Source: Octopus bimaculoides (taxonomy: Eukaryota). Taken from it: a DNA stretch of 64,000 bases. Of this stretch, positions 40,201 through 44,625 are shown piece by piece. The DNA lies in the NCBI RefSeq assembly GCF_001194135.2, contig NC_068990.1, positions 88,774,286 through 88,838,285 on the forward strand, given 5' to 3'. The translations under genes were made by a program, and so were the position numbers. Numbering within the stretch: position 1 is the first letter of the stretch; every line of letters begins with the position of its first letter. The notes beneath the pieces are model-generated. The model did not search any database. It saw nothing but the letters and a program-made list of their open reading frames with translations, and was not told the DNA's origin.

Positions 40201-40588
40201 AAATGTTATTTTATATGATTATTGTAACTTCCTGACCATCCCACCCCTTTTTTATAACTTCAGGTTAAATGGGAAACATATGGGGTACAGACACGCATAA
40301 ACAGTTTAATGTACTCTGTAAATAGGCAAGTAGTGACAGCTTCATGTGAAGGAAAATGTGGTGGATGTAAACCTAATAAGTTTATAGTGCAACTTAGTTC
40401 AGATGGTAAGTGAAATAAATTTCATCTCTATATGTTTTTATATCATGCATTAAGCTCACTAAACTCCTTATCAGAGCCAGACTAAAGCCAAACGATATCC
40501 TAAGCACTATTGAACATTCGTATTTCTTCAATTCTTTTCAGACCATTCTCATAAGCCAAAACTCACAATTATATTAAATATACTGTAA
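1..40588 (+). CDS. Large multi-exon gene (5' end upstream of window) encoding a probable extracellular mosaic protein: 14 PAN/Apple + 8 Sushi/CCP + C-terminal GON domain
   Basis: 26 exons reconstructed by hand with polypyrimidine-AG acceptors and GT donors. The 22 domain exons are all phase 1-1 and join without stops; about 5,250 coding nt are visible. No signal peptide or start codon is in the window. Confidence 0.85.
273..890 (-). mobile_element. RTE-clade LINE 3' fragment with (ATG)n tail
   Basis: Minus strand reads degenerate ...FGHM..N.DSCIKKC.SLRV...RPKKTWDEVVR.NLKMLG...EKT. The 3' terminus is the complement of catcatcatttaacatccgctttccatgctggcatggg. Confidence 0.6.
990..2578 (+). mobile_element. 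Degenerate Tx1/L1-clade non-LTR retrotransposon (ORF1 zinc knuckle, ORF2 C-terminus, 3' UTR, microsatellite tail)
   Basis: ORF 1051-1569 has CFTCDEATHLQALC (CCHC knuckle). 1850-2282 reads CMRCMQSNETILKTLIQC...LWSFVEQLL and AMAKGVVWW..., typical L1/Tx1 ORF2 C-terminus. (CAT)n(ATT)n tail at 2529-2578. Confidence 0.7.
2856..3089 (+). CDS. Exon B1, PAN/Apple type B
   Basis: Acceptor ttttcttccag|, donor CAG|GTCAGT, 234 nt. Reads ...LDKCDEACYQHPECNSYEYNEKEKLCNLN...WD. Confidence 0.88.
4075..4245 (+). CDS. Exon S1, Sushi/CCP domain
   Basis: tttcag| ... AAG|GTAATG, 171 nt. DYTKINCGPPKDIVGAEKSYNTTTYKSEVIYTCPEGDKLKSICKKDRKWSPVNSTCK; 4 Cys plus Trp CCP pattern. Missed by the ORF track. Confidence 0.85.
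5700..5995 (-). mobile_element. RTE LINE fragment (PHD-like Cys/His insert)
   Basis: ORF 5798-5992(-): CSIYRKGVGRNSIWCIQCNIWTHQKC. Sits about 35 nt upstream of the S2 acceptor. Confidence 0.55.
6028..6198 (+). CDS. Exon S2, Sushi/CCP domain
   Basis: atttcag| ... AAG|GTAATG, 171 nt. YAKINCGTPKEVTGASKSYKTTTYKSEVTYTCPKGEQLKSVCEKNNEWTPVAEACK. Confidence 0.85.
8370..8580 (+). mobile_element. Old degenerate SINE upstream of exon A2 acceptor
   Basis: gacagaatcattagagcatcagacaaa...ttctaatcctgctga...ttaactctaccc...; decayed version of the young SINE at 30361. Confidence 0.5.
8622..8858 (+). CDS. Exon A2, PAN/Apple type A
   Basis: ttccag| ... AAG|GTAATT, 237 nt. AEIHFVKVKDAALDVSEKILWKKNVTADACAKKCFADKNCLSFEINKENGNCYFS...RDYYQRVK. 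Confidence 0.88.
9421..9757 (+). mobile_element. Helentron-associated non-autonomous element (HINE/DINE-like)
   Basis: ctgtttgtttgtcc...gatatctcaagaaccactggatggattttgatgaaactttcag; 3' end ccttggtgcaggtttgcgctctctgagtgctcttgtt with a small hairpin at 9736-9750. Confidence 0.4.
9800..9968 (+). mobile_element. tRNA-related SINE (octopus-type), 3' part
   Basis: ctgagttctaattctgccaaagtcgacttctcctttcatc...aaataagtaccagttg...ggccttgtaccgaaatttgaaa; same family as 30361. Confidence 0.6.
10290..10520 (+). CDS. Exon B2, PAN/Apple type B
   Basis: tttttccag| ... CAG|GTTAGT, 231 nt. ...LKECENSCQQYVGCNSYQYNAEAKLCDLSNVTQ...WDIYLINP. Confidence 0.88.
10633..10930 (-). mobile_element. RTE-derived 3'-end element inserted in a (TA)n tract
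   Basis: catcatttaacatccgctttccatactagcatgg...ggatgcccttcctaacgccaaccac; roughly 85% similar by eye to 34439-34620. Confidence 0.6.
11054..11224 (+). CDS. Exon S3, Sushi/CCP domain
   Basis: ctttcag| ... AAG|GTAAAT, 171 nt. YKKVNCGPPKDVIGAKKSYKTTTFKSEVTYTCPEGEKLKSVCKEDHKWSPVVSACK. Confidence 0.85.
13790..13985 (+). mobile_element. Old degenerate SINE upstream of exon A3 acceptor
   Basis: tagaatcatttgagcatcagacaaa...atcctgctgatgttaactttgccc; paralog of 8370-8580. Confidence 0.5.
14042..14281 (+). CDS. Exon A3, PAN/Apple type A
   Basis: ttccag| ... AAT|GTAATT, 240 nt. TKIHFVKVKDAVLDVSGKTLLHKKNITADACAKVCLSDKTCLSFEINKGNKECYLS... Confidence 0.88.
15051..15387 (-). mobile_element. Hsmar1-like (cecropia subfamily) mariner 5' end with TIR
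   Basis: Minus strand has TIR TATTAGGTTGTCAAGAAAGTTCTTGTGG at 15387 and ATG at 15196: MDKKQIHTIFLFQFKLGRKAAETACDINDAFGPRTTNERTAQWWFKKF, very close to the recalled Hsmar1 N-terminus. Confidence 0.82.
15400..15825 (+). mobile_element. Scrambled mariner transposase fragment
   Basis: A C-terminal piece (HQ.DAPAH-like) is followed by N-terminal HTH/linker ...LGMTKISAWWVPHLLTPDQ (mariner WVPHEL motif). Confidence 0.72.
16078..16678 (+). mobile_element. Mariner transposase C-terminal half and right TIR
   Basis: ETKRQSMQWKHPSLPAPKK...KVMASVF...FHQDNAPAHKS...FELVDHP with frameshifts; ends cctatgaacttttcaaccaaccctcgTA. Confidence 0.82.
16785..17018 (+). CDS. Exon B3, PAN/Apple type B
   Basis: ttttctag| ... 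CAG|GTCAGT, 234 nt. ...LKECGHACHQNPGCNSYEYNKKDMLCDQSNATHLTQ...WDTYIINP. Confidence 0.88.
17590..17860 (-). mobile_element. Penelope-like element GIY-YIG endonuclease C-terminal fragment
   Basis: ORF 17597-17791(-): GPYINGSGHCKLCIAEQAKIL, the Y...C.LC..E...I motif of PLE endonucleases. Confidence 0.5.
17960..18260 (-). mobile_element. SINE (second octopus-type family)
   Basis: cttttacttgtttcggtcattttgactgtggccatgctggagcactgcc...acgacgggcttcttccagtttccgtctaccaac; head portion related to the + strand copy at 55955. Confidence 0.6.
18509..18679 (+). CDS. Exon S4, Sushi/CCP domain
   Basis: atttcag| ... ACG|GTAACA, 171 nt. NSEIKCGPPKDIVGAAKDYKSTDYKSEVTYTCPADETIKSTCEKNNKWTPVPPICN. Confidence 0.85.
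19237..20030. other. Assembly gap (794 N) hiding the acceptor and first ~29 nt of exon A4
   Basis: Run of N. Sequence resumes mid-exon at DAVLDV, which lies 29 nt into the paralogous exon A3. Confidence 0.9.
20031..20238 (+). CDS. Exon A4 (5' end in gap), PAN/Apple type A
   Basis: DAVLDVMGKKLLKNKKVTTETCIEKCLSHKNCLSFEMTKSGKCYLS...RDYYQRIK; donor C|GTAATT. Confidence 0.85.
20554..20787 (+). CDS. Exon B4, PAN/Apple type B
   Basis: ttttcccag| ... TAG|GTTAGT, 234 nt. ...LKKCNESCQRYPECNSYQYNEKDKMCKLTKATH...WDTYFLNL. Confidence 0.88.
21330..21500 (+). CDS. Exon S5, Sushi/CCP domain
   Basis: ttccag| ... AAG|GTAACA, 171 nt. DYLEINCGPPNDVTGSVKSYNSTTYKSEVNYTCPEGEKLNSVCEKDNKWTPVASVCK. Confidence 0.85.
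21560..22065 (-). mobile_element. RTE LINE 3' fragment
   Basis: Minus strand reads MNEDSCVKKCHTLAV...GRPRKT-like...VVKHDLRTLGL. Confidence 0.5.
22325..22495 (+). CDS. Exon S6, Sushi/CCP domain
   Basis: ctccag| ... AAG|GTAATG, 171 nt. YAHINCGNPKDVASALKSYTTTTYKSEVTYTCPKGEKLKSTCEKDNKWTPVASACK. Confidence 0.85.
22797..23010 (+). mobile_element. Old degenerate SINE upstream of exon A5 acceptor
   Basis: gagagaatcaacagagcatcagacaaaatg...aattctgctgatgtcaact; paralog of 8370-8580. Confidence 0.5.
23060..23299 (+). CDS. Exon A5, PAN/Apple type A
   Basis: tctctag| ... AAT|GTAATC, 240 nt. IKIHFMKIKNAVLDVVGKIILSGKNITEDDCAEKCLSDEKCLSFEISKKGGKCYLS... Confidence 0.88.
24671..24904 (+). CDS. Exon B5, PAN/Apple type B
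   Basis: tttattcag| ... CAA|GTCAGT, 234 nt. ...LKECNKTCQEYPGCNSFQYNEEAKLCDLSNVTQ...WDIFVLNP. Confidence 0.88.
26039..26209 (+). CDS. Exon S7, Sushi/CCP domain
   Basis: tttctag| ... AAG|GTAACA, 171 nt. FTQVNCGSPKSVINAKKFYKTITYKSEVTYICPGGEKFKATCKDNNKWDPIIPSCK. Confidence 0.85.
27380..27540 (+). mobile_element. Old degenerate SINE upstream of exon A6 acceptor
   Basis: agcatcagacagaatg...agttcaaatcc...; paralog of 8370-8580. Confidence 0.45.
27593..27832 (+). CDS. Exon A6, PAN/Apple type A
   Basis: tattctag| ... AAT|GTAATT, 240 nt. SQIHFVKIQDAILDVPGKTLADKKNVTANDCAKQCLSDKTCLSFEINKQSGKCYFS... Confidence 0.88.
28160..28335 (-). mobile_element. Degenerate SINE
   Basis: atttcaaattttggcaca...atgaaaagcaaagtcaaccctggcagagtttgaagttagaatgtaa; reverse complement of the 30361 family. 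Confidence 0.45.
28907..29140 (+). CDS. Exon B6, PAN/Apple type B
   Basis: ctctag| ... CAG|GTCAGT, 234 nt. DDELLIFKRTSIPGQDTFGRLKNIELKECHRVCHQNPGCKSYEYNDRTKSCDQSNATHLTQNLQPNKEGWDTYIINP. Missed by the ORF track. Confidence 0.88.
30361..30581 (+). mobile_element. Young full-length tRNA-related SINE with 14-bp target-site duplication
   Basis: aaggcagcgagctggtagaaacgttagc...ggccttgtggctagagtagaaaag, flanked by ATATCTTTTGTTCT at 30347-30360 and 30582-30595. Confidence 0.82.
30671..30847 (+). CDS. Exon S8, Sushi/CCP domain (second in-frame acceptor possible at 30686)
   Basis: ttttaacag| ... AAG|GTAACA, 177 nt. SPTAEVNCGPPKDIDDATKSYKTTTYKSEVTYTCPLGEKLVSICENSSKWSSVETPCE. Confidence 0.82.
30870..31265 (-). 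mobile_element. CR1-clade LINE 3' end with (ATT)n tail
   Basis: Minus strand reads ...KQHSSHDFRIHFFTLRVAEVWNKLPASVVSCRRTASFKTSM..., the CR1 FF..RV...WN.LP..VV motif. Tail lies about 23 nt after the S8 donor. Confidence 0.7.
31294..31600. mobile_element. Foldback/MITE-like element with ~120-bp inverted arms
   Basis: Arm 31345-31465 (tttggagtaaagatttttactaacataatatggcagtcctggtttagg...) is the near-perfect reverse complement of 31477-31600. A second copy lies at 41749. Confidence 0.68.
31645..31850 (+). mobile_element. Old degenerate SINE upstream of exon A7 acceptor
   Basis: cagaatcattggagtatcagacaaaatg...ctgagttcaaatccagctgagataaactttg; paralog of 8370-8580. Confidence 0.5.
31915..32154 (+). 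CDS. Exon A7, PAN/Apple type A
   Basis: actctag| ... AAT|GTAATT, 240 nt. IQNHFATVKEAILDVKGKILWNKKNVTKEACLEKCWSDKNCLSFEINKENGDCYLS... Confidence 0.88.
32490..32830 (+). mobile_element. Penelope-like element GIY-YIG endonuclease fragment
   Basis: LKENNITTNIKWEVIDHEPSYLNGSSICSFFAVEKYHTI matches PLE LK..NI...I.W.I....Y......C.LC..EK..I. Confidence 0.52.
33123..33387. other. Assembly gap next to a (TA)n microsatellite
   Basis: Run of N preceded by a long TA repeat. Confidence 0.9.
33680..33719 (-). ncRNA. Degenerate minimal type I hammerhead ribozyme motif (Penelope type)
   Basis: Minus strand GGC-C(A)UGACGA-AGGG-AAAUAG-CCCU-GAAAC-UCGA-GUC-GCC: 4-bp stem II, palindromic stem III (ACUCGAGU), GUC triplet and 3-bp stem I, with one extra A in the CUGANGA core. 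Confidence 0.55.
33957..34190 (+). CDS. Exon B7, PAN/Apple type B
   Basis: ttttctag| ... CAG|GTCAGT, 234 nt. ...VKECKKSCKKHADCTSFQYKKNSKVCSLSNVTH... Confidence 0.86.
34439..34620 (-). mobile_element. RTE-derived 3'-end element in a (TA)n tract
   Basis: Same family as 10633-10930. Confidence 0.6.
34750..35075 (+). mobile_element. RTE LINE reverse transcriptase fragment
   Basis: ELLYNNNLILKAESFVELEKKF (mutated YADD), then WKQNLESKGLKVNLANTEVLV and a Cys-rich insert. Confidence 0.6.
35308..35579 (+). CDS. GON domain exon 1
   Basis: tttacag| ... CAG|GTAAAT, phase 1-0. PTSCKEMKKCGKNVTDGEYWIYP...LKVYCYNMKTDTPKEYITLPHENF...GKIVFRKVRI matches the SC.E...DGEY...K.YC..M....PKEY.TL motif of the ADAMTS9/20/GON-1 GON domain (recalled). 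Confidence 0.82.
37390..37566 (+). CDS. GON domain exon 2
   Basis: tctatag| ... ATG|GTATGA, 177 nt, phase 0-0. DMSVDRHDLTFSNRGNGKIKSRQGFGDAGDCLYKKKAYCFSKGSMIVNLQNTGLVVGDM carries the GON D.TF...FG.AGDC...G...NL..TGL motifs. Not in the ORF track. Confidence 0.82.
38190..38600 (+). mobile_element. RTE LINE ORF2 C-terminal fragment
   Basis: WALNTDNLRRLERNEMSMLHWMCNVS...WYGHV..MDEDSY.MKC...EKT. Confidence 0.62.
39050..39745 (+). mobile_element. Hero-clade (restriction-like endonuclease) LINE fragment
   Basis: QEQWTQ*DEALKQPLYWKEL*...LLPTSNNLKIWG; TLNYILIRCPRALREGQYK; then ...DKALVKGWYVATFP.E.GC, the Hero C-terminal motifs. Confidence 0.6.
40264..40405 (+). CDS. GON domain exon 3
   Basis: aacttcag| ... 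ATG|GTAAGT, phase 0-1. VKWETYGVQTRINSLMYSVNRQVVTASCEGKCGGCKPNKFIVQLSSD carries the GON terminal W...G...C.G.CG.C.P motif. Confidence 0.82.
40542..40588 (+). CDS. Probable terminal coding exon (DHSHKPKLTIILNIL*)
   Basis: Strong acceptor tatttcttcaattcttttcag| in phase 1; TAA at 40586-40588; AATAAA at 40646-40651. Confidence 0.5.
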
Positions 40589-41748
40589 GGACTGTGTGAT
40601 GCAAGGTGATGAGAATGGTTCTTTAGTGCATCACACAGTCCTTACAATAAATATAAAAAGAATAATACATATATGTGTCAGCCAGAAAAGAGAGACACTA
40701 CTGAGTAGAATGTTTAATAGAAGATTTATTGATATGTTAACATGTGTGTCTGTATGTGCATCATGTAAACAGAATAATAGACAGGCAGTATTATGACTTA
40801 GACTGCACTGAAGCTGAAGAGATCCCATTAGTCTGAAATAGTACTTTTTTCAACTGCTAGACTCACATGTTCCACCAAAGAGTCATAACCTCAAAACTGC
40901 CTTTGATAGGGCTGGAAATATATTTCATTGTTTGTTTTCCACTCTGAGACTTTGCTTCTTCCATTTTTACATTCCTTTATGAAGAAGGTAGAGATACTGT
41001 GACATTAAGAGGAGAGATAACTAAGCTTATAATCGTTGGTCTGAATGTTACTATTGTTGCAGTCATTATATTATGTACTTGGGCAATACTCATAATTCTT
41101 CTTACTTCAATTTGTCTAATTTACTATTGCGTAAGATTGATGAATTTTGATCCTGGTAGATTTCTACGTTACAATATATTTGTGTTAAGATAGATAAGAT
41201 ATTCCATAATCATGTTCTATTTTTAAATAAATAAAGGTAACAGAGGGCAGAATTGATAGAATGATGGATAAAATGCCTTATGGTTACATCACATTTTGTT
41301 CAAATCCCTTGAAAGTCAACTTTACCTTTTGCCCTTCCTGGGTCAGTAAGAAATGTACTAGTCAAATACCAAAGTTGATTAAACTTAACATAGCACTCCC
41401 TCAAAATTTGCAGTATGAAATCATTATAAAATAATTTAAACTGTTTTCTGTTGTAAATCTTTCCAGAGCCTTCAAGTAATGGTGTGAAAAGCTGCGCAAG
41501 CCTGAGACGAATACAATGCTCCCAGTCTGAAGATGAATGTTGAAACGAAACAAATTTTAAAACATAATGTCTTGTGAAATATGAAATAAACAGTGATGTT
41601 GCATGATATGAAAAATGCAATCGGACAATATTTTTTGAAATGTACAATGTAAAAATTTAATAAAAGTTTTGAGAATTAAAAGATGTAGAGTTATTGTTTA
41701 TGAAATTGTAAAATATTGAAGTCTTGTAAAATCTGAAATGTCACATCG

Positions 41749-42130
41749 CAGTCCTGGTTTAGGACGAATGTTGCTGTAATTTAGCCCCAGGAGACATCGT
41801 CTCCAGCTGTCTATATGACACGATCTGTGTTCTTATATTTTTGAACAAGGGAATCTAGCACCCCCACTCAGCTTGAAACATATATTGTTTTAAATTATAG
41901 GGACACAGATCGTGTCGTATAGCCAACTGGAGACGATGTCTCCTGGGGCTAAATTACAACAACATTCGTCCTAAACCNNNNNNNNNNAGACGATGTCTCC
42001 TGGGGCTAAATTACAACAACATTCGTCCTAAACCACGACTGCCATGTTATGTTGGCAAACAATCTTTACTCCAAAGTACTATTGCTGAATATCTCTCGTT
42101 GTGAGATTTAAAAATAGTAATTTTCTAAAA
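41749..42130. mobile_element. Second foldback/MITE-like copy
   Basis: gcagtcctggtttaggacgaatgttgctgtaatttagccccaggagac...; its right end is the reverse complement of the left end of copy 31294. Confidence 0.65.
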
Positions 42131-42139
42131 AAATATATT

Positions 42140-42900
42140 GCTTAAGCTTTGAACGAACGGGTTATCGCCCTTAGATCGGTCAGGTCAGTATATCATTCTG
42201 GTTGTTAGGATTAGATACCACCACAGCCACATCATATACAACACCTTCGAATCGGATTAGCTTCTCACAGGACATTCATTGTACTCCCTGCATGAGCAAC
42301 CGGCCTCTGTCTGACGTTTTAGGGGTGTAAAAGAGCAAGAGGACTTATGGAATCTTAACTTGGGAATGATGCCCAGTCGTTCCGCGTTGAAGGCTTCGAG
42401 TTCATTGATTCTGAGCGGGAGTCTTCTGGATTTCATCCTGGCCAATGCGAGGCAGAGGGTGTCGGAAATGAGGCTGTGATAACCTGTCCCATTTAAGGCC
42501 CAGATATTTCTTCTCATTCTTTACAAATTAACTGACCGCAAGGGTTTTCGGTCAAACTAAAGCGTTTGACTCGGTGGGAAAAAGAAAAAAAAAATTCTAA
42601 TAGGTGTTTTACAACTTGCTGCGAACGAATATGAAGAAAAAACGCGCGCTCGCGAACGTCGAGAGGCCTCGGAACATTCACATCCTGAATGTTCCGAGAC
42701 GCCTCACCGGAGCCAAGAAACAGAAGAAAACTAGTGTAAGAGATGTATCTTCACGACTGGCGTCTGTTACTACTCGCGTCCCCAAGAAAAACCAAACGCT
42801 GGGGAAAACTTTTCTTTTCACTTGCTGACTTGACGTCATCTCTCGTCGCTTCCAGTCTTCATTCTACCGTGAGGTTTACCAATGATGTTGCCACACACCT
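42140..42900. promoter_or_regulatory. CpG-rich island with CRE and CCAAT motifs (orphan promoter-like region)
   Basis: High CpG density against the background; perfect TGACGTCA at 42831-42838; CCAAT at 42879-42883; 13-bp perfect hairpin at 42668-42698. Confidence 0.35.
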
Positions 42901-43722
42901 ACACCAGTTTCTTGTATTTTGCGTTTTTACCTTTTATAATGCAAATTATTTAATGAAAGTTTAAACGCGAGAGTATTTCCAAGGTACGTAACCGATCACG
43001 AGAAGCATTCAACTACTAAAAATTTGAGTTATTTCCCTTGGACTGCAATCGTTAGAAACTTTAAAACGAACATGCATCGTCCATGTTGCAGGATGCAAAT
43101 TATTCACATGGATTTGGTCAATGAAGGATAAAGACAGTATTAGGTGACTTGATAGAAATAGCTTTCCACAATCTCCTGCAAACCATATATCATTGTTTGA
43201 AAAAAAGAATGGAGATACGGAATAACATAGCTTTAGTTACACTGTGCCTATTATCATAAATTCACTTAGGGCTAAACAACAAAAATGTAATATAAAACCA
43301 TTCTTAACAATACACAAGTAAATTATAATTGAAACATATGCACCAAATGTACAATAAGAGGGCATGATAATTCCATTAGTACGTATATAGGAATTAGTGA
43401 AAATAAACACAAAACAGAAGTCATGCCAACTAAGGTAAAACAGGAAATAGCAACTAACACTCGCTCAACCATCTAAAATAAAAAGAGAAGAATGCACAAT
43501 AGATAATGCACTCCTAGTTATACCTCCCCCTTAAAAATATAGGATGGTCATGACTAAAAATCTAGTGGTCATAAATTTTCTTGCTCAAGGATGATGCCGT
43601 GCTAAAAAGCAATCATTATAAGATTAGAACTTCATTTGCTATCACAGAAAGATGCACTTGATGTCATAGGAAAGTTGGTTATACATCATTAGATGTATAC
43701 CTGACTTTCCTATATAAAATTA

Positions 43723-44096
43723 TGAATATAACGGAACGCTGAACTCCAGACTATCAACCTAAACAACATTTATTCAGGTGGTAAATATATACATCTTTAG
43801 CTCTTGTTGTTACAGCTTCTGTGTGTGTGAGCATAGTTGTTGGGACGTTGTTATGTAGATGTAAGCGAGCTGTCGAGTGTAAGTCCGAAAGATAGAGAGT
43901 GACAGCTAAACACGTCCATGCTCTATTGCTGGCCAGCAAGAAAGAGACTGTCTCCAGAGTTGGAATGTTGGAGACACTGCTTGACATGTCCATGCTCATG
44001 GCCGGCCGACTGAGAAAGAGAATGAATGGAGCGGGAACGCTTGGTTGTTTAATTCCACGCATGCGTGAGACTACGCATGCGCACGGCGTTACTACA
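43723..44096 (-). mobile_element. Possible solo LTR
   Basis: Minus strand starts TGTAGTAA, has AATAAA near its 3' end and ends ...TTCA; CpG-rich. No TSD found. Confidence 0.3.
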
Positions 44097-44349
44097 ATGT
44101 CATAGGAAGAAATTTCTCCTGATAAACCAGAAGAATTCTACTGAGCGACAGATCATATCTTGCTGATATCGCATGATAGGTCAGTCACTTATCAACCATT
44201 TCTAAGTCTACTTCATATCCACTGAGAATCCTTCGTATGTATATGGATATATTTGTGAAACTGTTATAGAAATTTTAATTTATAATTAGTTGCATAGATA
44301 TGCACACACATATATGTACTTATATATATATATACACACACACATATAT

Positions 44350-44625
44350 GCCATACTTGAGAAGACCTGTCAAGTCAACTGAGATCATAGTTGTGGCCAA
44401 TGCCAGTGTTTTATAACTGTCACCCATGCTGATGGCACATAAAAAGCACCCACTACACTCCTGGATTGTTTGACAGTTTCCAGTGAGCTGAAGAACTGCA
44501 TCAAACTCCAGTGTCTGTTTTGGCATCATTTCAATGACTGGATGCCTTTTCTCATGTCAACCACTCTACAGGGTGTACTGGATGCTTTTTTTCACGGCAC
44601 TGGCACTTGTCAGGTTGCCAAGCAA
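44350..44625. mobile_element. Two opposed RTE-tail fragments
   Basis: ggcacataaaaagcacccactacactc (+) followed by ggatgccttttctcatgtcaaccac...ggatgcttttttcacggcac (-). Confidence 0.45.

Noticed and set aside
42365-42415. C/D box snoRNA (ATGATG...CTGA)
   Set aside because: The C box is imperfect, the span is only ~50 nt, and there is no terminal stem.
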